A DNA stretch of 64,000 nucleotides, from the NCBI GenBank assembly GCA_964397195.1, contig CAYNGY010000002.1, positions 116,012-180,011 of the forward strand. The letters are read 5' to 3'. Below the pieces are notes generated by a model. It did no database searches. It was given only the letters and a program-made list of their open reading frames with translations, and was not told where the DNA came from. Position numbers and translations under genes: made by a program. Shown piece by piece: positions 16,877-25,954 of this stretch. Position 1 is the first letter of the stretch, and every line of letters starts with the position of its first letter. This DNA comes from an uncultured Gammaproteobacteria bacterium. Its GTDB lineage: Bacteria > Patescibacteriota > Patescibacteriia > SBBC01 > CAIJZX01.

Positions 16877-17389
16877 ATGGCACAGATTCGTGTACGTTCA
16901 GCTCGCGTTGGGGATACAGCCGATGTCGTTACGCTTTTTCAGGAGGCAGTGGTGTCTATTCCCGATTATTCGCCAAAATTACGGCGGCTCTTTTTTCGTA
17001 AATATCGGTCCGAGATCGTCACTAAACGGATTCGTGACCGGGCGGCATACTGTTTGCTGGCGGTGGATGGAAAAACCGTGGTTGGGTTTATCTGGGGGAT
17101 GCCGATGCGGGCCACAGAAGACGGCGTCTACTGGATGAACTGGGTTGGTGTTCATGCCGCTTACCGTCGGCGTGGGGTGGCGCGGCGAATGATGAAGGCG
17201 CTCGAGGCGGAGCTGCGGAAACATCAATTCCACAAACTTTGGTTTAATATTGATCCAAAGAATTCTCGCTCAGCGAAGACGTTTGCCGCTCTCGGATACC
17301 ACCAGATTGCCCGTGTGAAGCATCATTGGTACGGTCATGATGCGTTGCTGTGGGAAAAAGATTTGATGCCAACTAAGAAGGGGATGTAG
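16877..17389 (+). CDS. GNAT family N-acetyltransferase
   Basis: WVGVHAAYRRRGVARRMM, the Q/RxxGxG/A acetyl-CoA motif. Confidence 0.75.
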   Translation: MAQIRVRSARVGDTADVVTLFQEAVVSIPDYSPKLRRLFFRKYRSEIVTKRIRDRAAYCLLAVDGKTVVGFIWGMPMRATEDGVYWMNWVGVHAAYRRRGVARRMMKALEAELRKHQFHKLWFNIDPKNSRSAKTFAALGYHQIARVKHHWYGHDALLWEKDLMPTKKGM

Positions 17390-17393
17390 CAGT

Positions 17394-18593
17394 ATGAAAC
17401 ATGTTCGTTCGGATTTCCCGATTCTCGCGGCTAATGCTGGTCTTCGATATCTTGACTCCACCGCTTCCAGCTTGAAGCCGACGGTCGTGATTGAAGCTGA
17501 GGCTGGTTTTTATCGCCAGCATGGAGTGAATGTGCATCGCGGCGTGTACGCGTTATCACAATCGGCGACCGAAAGCTATGAATCGTCACGCGAAGTTATT
17601 CGTGGCTTTATCCATGCTCGCTCGACGGCGGAGATTATTTTTACCCGCAATACAACTGAAGCCATCAATCTGGTGGCCCGAACATTCGGGATGACGCTTC
17701 AAGCGGGGGACGTCGTTGTCCTGAGCGAGATGGAACACCATTCCAATATTGTACCGTGGCAGCAACTTCGGGATGAGCGGGGGATTGAACTGCGATGGAT
17801 TCCCGTGACCGACGCTGGAGATCTCGATCTCAGTGCCTTAGATGCGCTGCTCGTCGGGGCAAAACTCGTGGCGGTGACGCAGATGTCAAATGTGCTCGGA
17901 GTGGTCAACGATGTTAAGGAAATTGCGGCCAAGGCCCACGCGCATGGTGCGCTCATGCTTGTCGATGGTGCACAATCTGTTCCACATATGCCGGTGGATG
18001 TTCAGGATCTCGATTGTGATTGGTTAGTATTCTCCGGGCATAAAATGTGTGGCCCGATGGGAATCGGTGTGCTCTATGGACGGCAGTCCGTGCTGGAAGC
18101 CATGCCGCCGTTTCTGCGAGGTGGCGATATGATTCTTTCGGTCACGAAAGAGGCGGCGACATGGAATGAGTTGCCGTGGAAGTTCGAAGCCGGAACGCCG
18201 AATGCCGCTGGAGCTGTTGCATTAGGGGTGGCCACACAGTATTTACAGAAAATTGGCATGCAAACAATTTGGGAACACGACCTGGCTTTAGCGGCGCACG
18301 GGCGAGAGGTGTTGACGGCTATCTCCGGCCTACGGTTGCTCGGTGCCGACGCCCTATCACCACGCGGGGCGATATTCTCGTTTGATCTGAGCGGCGCTCA
18401 TCCGCATGATATCGGGTCACTCTTGGATGAAAAACAGATCGCGGTTCGTGCTGGCCATCACTGTGCCCAGCCGCTTCACGCACGATTCGGGCTCGGAGCG
18501 ACGACACGGGCGAGTGGGTATCTCTATACAACGGAAGACGAACTCACCGCATTGGCGAGCGAACTTGATTCCATCCGGACTCTGTTCTCATGA
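17394..18593 (+). CDS. sufS: cysteine desulfurase SufS (class II aminotransferase)
   Basis: PLP-lysine region LVFSGHKMCGPMGIGVLYG and the C-terminal RAGHHCAQPL with the active-site Cys. Confidence 0.9.
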   Translation: MKHVRSDFPILAANAGLRYLDSTASSLKPTVVIEAEAGFYRQHGVNVHRGVYALSQSATESYESSREVIRGFIHARSTAEIIFTRNTTEAINLVARTFGMTLQAGDVVVLSEMEHHSNIVPWQQLRDERGIELRWIPVTDAGDLDLSALDALLVGAKLVAVTQMSNVLGVVNDVKEIAAKAHAHGALMLVDGAQSVPHMPVDVQDLDCDWLVFSGHKMCGPMGIGVLYGRQSVLEAMPPFLRGGDMILSVTKEAATWNELPWKFEAGTPNAAGAVALGVATQYLQKIGMQTIWEHDLALAAHGREVLTAISGLRLLGADALSPRGAIFSFDLSGAHPHDIGSLLDEKQIAVRAGHHCAQPLHARFGLGATTRASGYLYTTEDELTALASELDSIRTLFS

Positions 18594-18964
18594 ATTCGAA
18601 TATGTATCAACAGCAAATTCTCGATCACGCGCGTCATCCGCATAACTTTGGCATCCTCGAGGGTGCGACGGCTACGGCGGAGAAAGTGAATCCGCTGTGT
18701 GGCGATGAGGTGACGTTTTTTTTGGAGTTTGGTGATGATCAACGCGTCACACAGGCCAAGTTTTCCGGTCGCGGTTGTGCTATTTCGCAAGCGGCGGCGT
18801 CAATGCTCACCGATGCCCTGATCGGGAAGAGCCGCGAAGAAATTTCTGCGCTTGGACCGGATGAAATGAAAGCGCTACTCGGAGTTGATGTAAACCCGGC
18901 GCGGATCACCTGTGCGACACTAGGACTCCAGGCGGCACAACGCGCCGTGACCGTGCCCGAGTAG
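18590..18964 (+). CDS. sufU: SufU/IscU-like sulfur acceptor/scaffold
   Basis: HARHPHNFG...NPLCGDEV...SGRGCAISQAAAS, the three conserved Cys of SufU. Confidence 0.85.
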   Translation: MNSNMYQQQILDHARHPHNFGILEGATATAEKVNPLCGDEVTFFLEFGDDQRVTQAKFSGRGCAISQAAASMLTDALIGKSREEISALGPDEMKALLGVDVNPARITCATLGLQAAQRAVTVPE

Positions 18965-18974
18965 CATAAAAAGG

Positions 18975-19010
18975 GGCCCCGACTCGCGTGAGCGAGCCGG
19001 AGCTTTTTTG
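18975..19010. terminator. bidirectional rho-independent terminator
   Basis: Hairpin CCGACTCGC-GTGA-GCGAGCCGG followed by TTTTTT on the plus strand and preceded by AAAAA, between the convergent genes sufU and 19014(-). Confidence 0.7.
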
Positions 19011-19013
19011 GCT

Positions 19014-19676
19014 TCAGAGGCTGACCGATTCGATCGGTGCGCCACCGAAGTGGGTGATGATCCGATTGGCCTCATCGGTGAAGGGCGGTTCGAATCGGAA
19101 CCGCTGACGCATGACGAGTTCGTACCAGGTGCGGGGCAGGCCGCGTGATTCACGGTCGTCGTCAGCCGCCCGGAGCCGATCGTAGTGGACGAGCGGGTGC
19201 GGCTGGACCCAGACGATTGAGGTGTCGAAATCGCGCTGATGCGCCTGTTTGGTGATGGCCAGACGTGACCAGCGATCGAGATTGCAGGCGTCGACGACGA
19301 AGGCGATATCGCGTCGAATCAGCTCGGTACAAAGTTGCCCGCGGACCCAGTGCGTCAGGAACTGGCGCTTCCAGAACGCATGACTATGGATGGCGGTGTT
19401 TTCTTGCAGGTCCGGGTAGAGGGCGTTCAGCTCGGCGTGGAGCACATCAGTCTCGATACAGACGAGATCTTGCAGGTCGGGGTGACTTCGCCGGAAGTGT
19501 GACTTCCCAGCACAGCTGAATCCGACGAGCAGGACCACGCGCTTGGTGAAGGCGGATGTGGTGGCCGCCTGAACCCGTGGCCCGATGATGTGCGTCGAAA
19601 GGAAGGCGCGCTCTGGTGCCTGACGGAGCAACATTCGTGCCGCGACAAATCCCTTTGCCATCTGCCAACTGAACAT
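19014..19676 (-). CDS. P-loop kinase (AAA_33/zeta-toxin-like NTP-binding) protein, chromosomal paralog
   Basis: Walker A VGFSCAGKSHF and the motifs DACNL, IVWVQ and RFEPP, all shared with the cassette gene 32813..33442(-). Confidence 0.6.
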   Translation of the reverse strand: MFSWQMAKGFVAARMLLRQAPERAFLSTHIIGPRVQAATTSAFTKRVVLLVGFSCAGKSHFRRSHPDLQDLVCIETDVLHAELNALYPDLQENTAIHSHAFWKRQFLTHWVRGQLCTELIRRDIAFVVDACNLDRWSRLAITKQAHQRDFDTSIVWVQPHPLVHYDRLRAADDDRESRGLPRTWYELVMRQRFRFEPPFTDEANRIITHFGGAPIESVSL

Positions 19677-19776
19677 AAAGGTGCCTCCCCGTGCGCAACA
19701 ATTACTCCTGTGACCGAGCGCAGAGACTAGCCGATGGTTGTCTTCCTGTCAACCCCCGATGGGTGACGATGGATTT

Positions 19777-20361
19777 CTAGGGGAGGAGACGGAGGACTGA
19801 CCACCAGGCCGAGATATAGTCGGCGCGGCGATTTTGATGTTTTACGTAGTAGGCGTGTTCCCAGACGTCGAGGCCGATCAGGGGTACGTGCTGGTCTAGA
19901 ATCGGGGAATCTTGATTGGGTGTGGCACGCAGCGCAAGCTTTCCGGCTTGATCACGGACGAGCCACATCCATCCACTGCCAAAAACCGCCGCGGCGCCGT
20001 CGCTAAACTTCTTCTTAAAGTCATCAAGTGAGCCAAACGTACTTGTAATTTCGGCAATCAAGCTCGCATCGATCTTTTTTTCCGGACCGATGATATTCCA
20101 GAAGAAAGAGTGGTTGGCATGCCCCCCGCCGTGATTTCGGATTGCGAGGCGGACTGTGTCAGGAATATCGAGCGTTGCTAGCTGCCCGAGGAGCGATCCG
20201 AGCTCAAGCGACTGCAAGTGCGGGTACGGTTCAAGCGCGGCATTCAGCTTGTCTACGTATGTCTGATGATGTTTGGTATGGTGAATACGCATCGTTTCCG
20301 TATCAATATACGGTTCGAGCGCGTCGTAGTCGTATCCGAGGGCGGGGAGGGTGTAGGACAT
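19777..20361 (-). CDS. sodA: Fe/Mn superoxide dismutase
   Basis: YTLPALGYDYDALEPYID, HHTKHHQTYV and DVWEHAYY. The start was trimmed to the ATG at 20361 (MSYTLP); the track ORF extends to 20466. Confidence 0.9.
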   Translation of the reverse strand: MSYTLPALGYDYDALEPYIDTETMRIHHTKHHQTYVDKLNAALEPYPHLQSLELGSLLGQLATLDIPDTVRLAIRNHGGGHANHSFFWNIIGPEKKIDASLIAEITSTFGSLDDFKKKFSDGAAAVFGSGWMWLVRDQAGKLALRATPNQDSPILDQHVPLIGLDVWEHAYYVKHQNRRADYISAWWSVLRLLP

Positions 20362-20450
20362 AGAAAAGATGAATGATGAGGGTTTAGACATTGTACAGGA
20401 AAAAACCATTCTCCGTGACCGTTGTGGATTCGAGATAAATATTGTATAGT

Positions 20451-22277
20451 ATGAACGAGTTTTCAAACGTTGTGATCACCTCAAAAACCCAACAAATATC
20501 TCTCGCCTTCGGTGCCCTCGCGGTTATAGTGACCGTTAGTGTGCTTGGTATTGGTCGCGTTGCAGAGGCGCAATCCACAACCTCGCCGAAACTCTATATT
20601 TACCAGGGCGTCATCTCGATCAGTCCGGCCGCCGGGCAGGTAATGGAGTTGGGGGCAAATGGGACGACGATTGCGACGAATGGAAATATTGCGCTTCGAC
20701 CGTCGAATGGGACGGTGACCTTCGGGCCGGCAAATGCCATTGATGAGGGCGGCGAGCTTGATCTTCAAGGAGCCTCGTCGTCGTATCCAACGTGGGGGAT
20801 CGATTCGTACGTTGATTTGTTCGCCACTCCCGATGTTGTCTCATACCTACGTTTCTATCACGGCGCAAGTGTTCCATTGAAGGTGGGAAATGACGGAAAA
20901 ACGAGTATCAATGGCCAACTGTGCTTTGGGGCCGGGCTTGGGGACTGTATCTCAAACTGGTCGTCGGTTGGTGGAGGTGTTGACACCTTGTCGTCACTCT
21001 TGAGCCCGATAAATAGCGGTAATACCTCGATGACCCCAGTTGTTCTTGGGCAAGGTAGTGGGCCGGTGACCGCGACGGCCCGTTTTGATATCAGTACCAC
21101 GTCGAGTGCCTTTAATGCCTATCCGTCCCTCAACGCGGTTTCGGCACACAGTTCAGTGGTTAGCGATCCGAAAGGTGCGGCCATCCGGGCGGAGAACCCA
21201 AATGGAGGGTGGGCGGGATACTTTAGCGGCCGGGTGGGGGTGTTTCAGCCGGGTGCTTCTGATCCCGGATTTGCCGACGCGACGGTAGTTCGACTCTCGG
21301 GAGATCATACGTTTCAATCATCGCAAGGCGTGTTGAATGTTACGAACTTGCGCCCGAGTTCCTACGCGGCGCGTTTTGTTGGCGCGGTCGAAATTACCGG
21401 GAGCGGTGGTCGGGTGCCTGGCGCTGCGTCAACCGGTGTGGACGCCGATGCCGCGCTCGACATATTTAATTCGACATCGACGGAAGTATTTCGAGCGACG
21501 AGCCCTTCGCTCAACGGGGCGGCCATTTGGGCCCAAGCGGGGAATCCTTACACAAATGGCATGGTCACCTCAGCGTTCTATGGCCAGGGTGGCGCTTGGC
21601 CAAGCCCCGCCTCGGATCAGGTCGGCCTGCAATACGCCGGGTTCTTCACGGGTGCAAATGTGGTTGAAGGCGTTCTTTCTATCCAGCCGTATGATGCGTC
21701 TGACCGATGGGGATTATTAATACAGGGGATGACCCGAAGAGCGAATGTCGCTTTTAATGGTGCTAAACAAACGGCTGAGATGCAGGTGTGTGAGCTGAGT
21801 AGCAATACCTGTTATGGAAAGTACGTTGCCACGATTGGTCATGGGACGCGTGGTGGGGACCGGGCGACAACACAACTCTGTTACGAAAGTGGCGGAGCGG
21901 TGACCTGCCGAGCGATGTATGTGAGCCAGTCGGGTTGTGTTGGGACCGGGTCGGTCGGACTTAAATTGGGAAGTAGCTCGTCGGCGGCCCGGAGTTATTT
22001 CGTGACGCCAGTCCCACAAACTCCTTCTTGCCGCGGTGCGGAGTTGGGTGCACCGTACCAAGAGTATGTGGCGAATGCCGGTGATTCCCCGTATCGGGCG
22101 GCGCCGACAGCTCAGCAATTTTGTGTGTCGGGGACGCCGACGCTCGTCGCGCCAAATTATGCCCAAGATCAGCTCCATGGCGGCTGTTACCTCGTCTCAA
22201 CTTCTCCGCCGGCGTTCCAAGCGTACGCGGTGACTCTACCAACTACTGAGTTAGTACAAACGCTTGAAATCCGTTAA
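20451..22277 (+). CDS. secreted protein, tandem paralog family member A (unrecognised family)
   Basis: The track start at 20442 is TTG; the ATG is at 20451. Signal peptide, then the module YQGVISISPAAGQVMELGANGTTIATNG, an internal ENPNGGWAGYFSG, and a C-terminal TQLCYESGGAVTC Cys motif. Confidence 0.6.
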   Translation: MNEFSNVVITSKTQQISLAFGALAVIVTVSVLGIGRVAEAQSTTSPKLYIYQGVISISPAAGQVMELGANGTTIATNGNIALRPSNGTVTFGPANAIDEGGELDLQGASSSYPTWGIDSYVDLFATPDVVSYLRFYHGASVPLKVGNDGKTSINGQLCFGAGLGDCISNWSSVGGGVDTLSSLLSPINSGNTSMTPVVLGQGSGPVTATARFDISTTSSAFNAYPSLNAVSAHSSVVSDPKGAAIRAENPNGGWAGYFSGRVGVFQPGASDPGFADATVVRLSGDHTFQSSQGVLNVTNLRPSSYAARFVGAVEITGSGGRVPGAASTGVDADAALDIFNSTSTEVFRATSPSLNGAAIWAQAGNPYTNGMVTSAFYGQGGAWPSPASDQVGLQYAGFFTGANVVEGVLSIQPYDASDRWGLLIQGMTRRANVAFNGAKQTAEMQVCELSSNTCYGKYVATIGHGTRGGDRATTQLCYESGGAVTCRAMYVSQSGCVGTGSVGLKLGSSSSAARSYFVTPVPQTPSCRGAELGAPYQEYVANAGDSPYRAAPTAQQFCVSGTPTLVAPNYAQDQLHGGCYLVSTSPPAFQAYAVTLPTTELVQTLEIR

Positions 22278-22280
22278 TTC

Positions 22281-23732
22281 ATGAAACCCGTCTTTATCAC
22301 AACTCAGAACCGGATGCGTCGACAGCTGATGTGGTTGTTGGCGTTGGTTTTGAGCAGTGTGGGGTGGATGCTCTGGCCACGGACAGTCGTCTTAGCTGGT
22401 CCGGTGACTGCGGCGCCGACAAAAGTGACCGTTTATCAAGGAGTAGCGGCAATTTCGCCGGTAGCCGGCCAAATTATGGAGCTTGGAAATAATGGCACGG
22501 ATATCGCTACAAATAACGGCACATTAAATTTTATTCCCGGGACTAACAATGGAGTGCTCATCACCCCAGCCGGCACGTCTCCGGCCGGTGGGAAAATAAC
22601 TCTGCTTCCGCCATCGAGCACGGTGTATCAGGAATGGCAGATTAAGCTCAACGGCAATTACCTGCAATTTTATACACCATCAGGCACAGAGCGTTTTACA
22701 CTTGGTAAGGACGGGGATGCGCATATTATGGGCGGCTTATGCTTGACGGATCGATGCATTACCGGTTGGTCGCAGGTGGGTGGCGGTACCGGCGCATTGC
22801 AAACACTAGATGGCGTTCTTACCCAGGGGAACAGCTCGAATCATCCTATTGTCATACACCAGTTGGCTGGTGCTTCAACGGTGTATGAAAACGCCAGTGG
22901 CCTGCTTGACGCTTCAACTGATCCGGCCAGCGTCCCGTATATTGATGCCGGTACAAATTTGAATGTCTTTGCCTCGGGTATTTTTACGTCACATACACAA
23001 CCGATGATGGCCCAAGGCGGATCGGCACTGTACGCCGAAAATCCATCGGGGTATGCCGGCTATTTTAGTGGCTCACTCGGCATTCAAACAACAAACGGCG
23101 GGTCAAATTTACTCGGCTCATTCTATGCACTTGCTGCTGATGGCGCGGTTGACCCGACGCGTGGGTATATCTTGGAAGTCGTCGATGCGGTCAACGGATC
23201 GGCGGCGCGTTTTACCGGATCAGTGCGCTTAGGCGGTAATAACGTCTCCTTCCAACCGGTGCTGGATGTCGTCAGTACGGCCACAACCGGGAATACGGTC
23301 AAAAGTTACGGCGCTGAGGAAGAGGGGCCAGCGGTTTTTGGGACGGCTGGGTTTGCCGGGAATACTGGTGGACCGTTACCAACCGGCGCAGTCTCTTCAG
23401 CCATTCGCGGCAACGCGGGGACCGGAAATTCTTATGGCGCTTTTTTCCATGGCCATACGCGGGTTGACGGGGTGTTACGGGTGTACTCGACTACGGGTGG
23501 GGAAGGGATTCGTTTGAATGGAAGTGCGCGGCTTAAGACACAAACCGGTTTGTGGGTGTATCCGGTTGGCTCGGATATCGCCGCCGGTCGGTATGTCTAC
23601 ACCGTGGCCGCCGTGGGGACACCGGCGCGGGGGACGGGGACTCAGCTGTGTTATGAAGTGGAAATCTCCTATAACACCACTTGTGTTTCAATGTACACGG
23701 CGGGTGGGGCCCTTAGTTATGAATTACGGTAG
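22281..23732 (+). CDS. secreted protein, tandem paralog family member B
   Basis: Signal peptide (VLA/GP), then KVTVYQGVAAISPVAGQIMELGNNGTDIATNNG, ENPSGYAGYFSG, and a C-terminal TQLCYEVEISYNTTCVSMYTAGGALSYELR. Confidence 0.6.
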   Translation: MKPVFITTQNRMRRQLMWLLALVLSSVGWMLWPRTVVLAGPVTAAPTKVTVYQGVAAISPVAGQIMELGNNGTDIATNNGTLNFIPGTNNGVLITPAGTSPAGGKITLLPPSSTVYQEWQIKLNGNYLQFYTPSGTERFTLGKDGDAHIMGGLCLTDRCITGWSQVGGGTGALQTLDGVLTQGNSSNHPIVIHQLAGASTVYENASGLLDASTDPASVPYIDAGTNLNVFASGIFTSHTQPMMAQGGSALYAENPSGYAGYFSGSLGIQTTNGGSNLLGSFYALAADGAVDPTRGYILEVVDAVNGSAARFTGSVRLGGNNVSFQPVLDVVSTATTGNTVKSYGAEEEGPAVFGTAGFAGNTGGPLPTGAVSSAIRGNAGTGNSYGAFFHGHTRVDGVLRVYSTTGGEGIRLNGSARLKTQTGLWVYPVGSDIAAGRYVYTVAAVGTPARGTGTQLCYEVEISYNTTCVSMYTAGGALSYELR

Positions 23733-23733
23733 C

Positions 23734-25269
23734 ATGGCGATACGCATGAAACATCTCGCGCGCTCAGCCCTCGGCATCGGTATGGTGTTTGCGGTCGTCT
23801 GGTTGGCGAGCATGCAACCGGTGTCGGCCGGCCCGATCACCGGGACACCGGGAAGCCCACCGTATCCAAAACTTACCGTGTACCAAGGGATCGTTGCCAT
23901 CACGCCCGGGGCATCGACGTCCTTAAAACTTGGAAAGAATGGCAACACCATCCAGTCAAACGGTGCGATTGTTCTTAACCCAACCAATGGCACAGTCAGT
24001 GTGACGCCGCAGAATAATCAGGCCGAGGGTGCCGAGCTGGTGTTTACGCCGCCGAGCAGCGCGACGGTCTATTCGACATGGCATCTTGATAACTATGTGG
24101 CCGGGCTACCGACCACACCGGTGAGTAAAGCGCGAATTTTCAGTGACGGTGTCGAGCGTCTCAATGTGACTGAAGCGGGGGATCTTGAGGTGCGTGGTCA
24201 GCTGTGTCTGAACTCGTCCGGATGCCACGCTCGTTTTGATGAACTCGGTGGGACGGGAAATCAAAATCTCGATCAGGTGCTGGCCGGGGGGAACATGGCG
24301 AATACGTGGATGTGGATCGGATCTCAAAACTATACGCCGTACTACGCGCAACCGTATTATCAAAGTTCGTGGTTCATGGTCGGCCAAGTCTTAGCCGAAG
24401 TCGACGTTGCCTACGGGACGTCCTTGGGCGAGGACTGGTCACGCCTGAACGGTATCTCCGCGAAGGCCAACCATCCGATGGGTCTGGCGCCATCCGGCAC
24501 GCCGTATGGTTCAGCGTTGTACGGAGAAGACAATGTTGGTTGGGCGGGGTATATAAAGGGCGTGACCGGCATCTTCGGTCCCGGATCCGGCAGCCCAACA
24601 TTTAGTGCCGACTCATTGGTGCGGATGGCGGGGTCAGTGCCGACGGGTACCGGGTATGTACTTGATGTATATAATGCGAATGTTCGCGGACAGGCGGCGA
24701 CGTTTTCGGGGAGCGTAAAATTAACCGGGACCGGCGCAGTGGGGGCTGAACCGGAAGCTGAGTTGGTGGTGCACAATAGTCGACCGGAACGACGTGGGAC
24801 GACGATTCGAGTGGCGGCGGCATATGAAAGCAGTTCGGTGGTTGGGTACGCGCAAAATACTTCTTCGGGATCACCGACGTACGGTCTGTATGGTATCATG
24901 GGCACCGCGACCGGTGGGGCGACCTCCTATGCGGCCTGGCTCCATGGGAATGCACAGATTACTAACCAGGGCGGAGTGCTGGGGCAGGTCAATGTACGTC
25001 CATATGGCGGCTCAACGCCGTGGGGAATTCAATTCGGAGCCTCAGGACGCATCAAGTTGGCGACTGAAACGTGGGTCTGTCCGGTGAATAGCGACGACTG
25101 TTCGGGATACGGTAAATATATTCGCACGACGTGTGGGCCGACGGGCGCCGAGTGCACCGCGGCGAATTACACTGATCGGGCCAATATGAAATATTGCTAT
25201 GACCATACGGGGGCCAATGTCTGTCAGTTGGTGTATAGCGGTGGTGTCCAGGCGTTTGAATTGCGTTAG
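23734..25269 (+). CDS. secreted protein, tandem paralog family member C
   Basis: The start was moved to the ATG at 23734 (MAIRMKHLARS...), since the track ORF overlaps the previous gene. KLTVYQGIVAITPGASTSLKLGKNGNTIQSNG, GWAGYIKG, and a C-terminal KYCYDHTGANVCQLVYSGGVQAFELR. Confidence 0.6.
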   Translation: MAIRMKHLARSALGIGMVFAVVWLASMQPVSAGPITGTPGSPPYPKLTVYQGIVAITPGASTSLKLGKNGNTIQSNGAIVLNPTNGTVSVTPQNNQAEGAELVFTPPSSATVYSTWHLDNYVAGLPTTPVSKARIFSDGVERLNVTEAGDLEVRGQLCLNSSGCHARFDELGGTGNQNLDQVLAGGNMANTWMWIGSQNYTPYYAQPYYQSSWFMVGQVLAEVDVAYGTSLGEDWSRLNGISAKANHPMGLAPSGTPYGSALYGEDNVGWAGYIKGVTGIFGPGSGSPTFSADSLVRMAGSVPTGTGYVLDVYNANVRGQAATFSGSVKLTGTGAVGAEPEAELVVHNSRPERRGTTIRVAAAYESSSVVGYAQNTSSGSPTYGLYGIMGTATGGATSYAAWLHGNAQITNQGGVLGQVNVRPYGGSTPWGIQFGASGRIKLATETWVCPVNSDDCSGYGKYIRTTCGPTGAECTAANYTDRANMKYCYDHTGANVCQLVYSGGVQAFELR

Positions 25270-25278
25270 TCGACATGT

Positions 25279-25881
25279 ATGATTTTGCTTGAAGCGGAAC
25301 ATGACCGCCGATTTTCGGTTTCGCGGCTGAAGTGGCCGATGATTGTCCATGGTCGGGCTGGGGCCGGCGCCAGTATGGCGACAGTCGTGATGGCGGCTGA
25401 ACTGATTCGAAGCGGCGAGTCGGTTGTCTGGATGTGTGCTAAGCCGACTGCAATCCGGACATTACGTGATGAGCTCGGCCTTGAGACCAAGGCGCCGATT
25501 CGCGCGCCGACGGTTTCGGCGCAACAGGAGTCACTTGCAGATGCGCAGTTGGTGACGATGCACGGAAAATCTTCGTTTCTGGAAACGTCGTTGCGCGCTC
25601 TTCCAGACTGGCAATCACGGGTAGTGATTGTAAAGAATATTGAGGATATCTTGAGTCCAACCTTGTGGTCGATGATTGCCGATCATCCGCGGCTCATCCT
25701 TTCCGGTGATGTTGGGAGTATGCCGTGGCCGCTCCCGCATCACGGCTGGCAGTCCGCACTGGCATTTTCGGCTTGGCCACCGCCGTGGTCTCACGACGAT
25801 CCAATCCGCCCGCCTTTCATCGGGTATTTGCGAATTGGACGATCACACCCGACGGCTGTGATTATCGCTGAATCACGATGA
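25279..25881 (+). CDS. hypothetical protein with a degenerate P-loop-like motif
   Basis: 200 aa. GRAGAGAS resembles a Walker A lacking the Lys; otherwise no recognisable domain. Confidence 0.35.
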   Translation: MILLEAEHDRRFSVSRLKWPMIVHGRAGAGASMATVVMAAELIRSGESVVWMCAKPTAIRTLRDELGLETKAPIRAPTVSAQQESLADAQLVTMHGKSSFLETSLRALPDWQSRVVIVKNIEDILSPTLWSMIADHPRLILSGDVGSMPWPLPHHGWQSALAFSAWPPPWSHDDPIRPPFIGYLRIGRSHPTAVIIAESR

Positions 25882-25954
25882 GGTGGTGGTTTGGCCGTGC
25901 GTTGACAGGACACCTTTTTTCTGCTAGAGTCGCGTGTTATTCTACATACATCGC

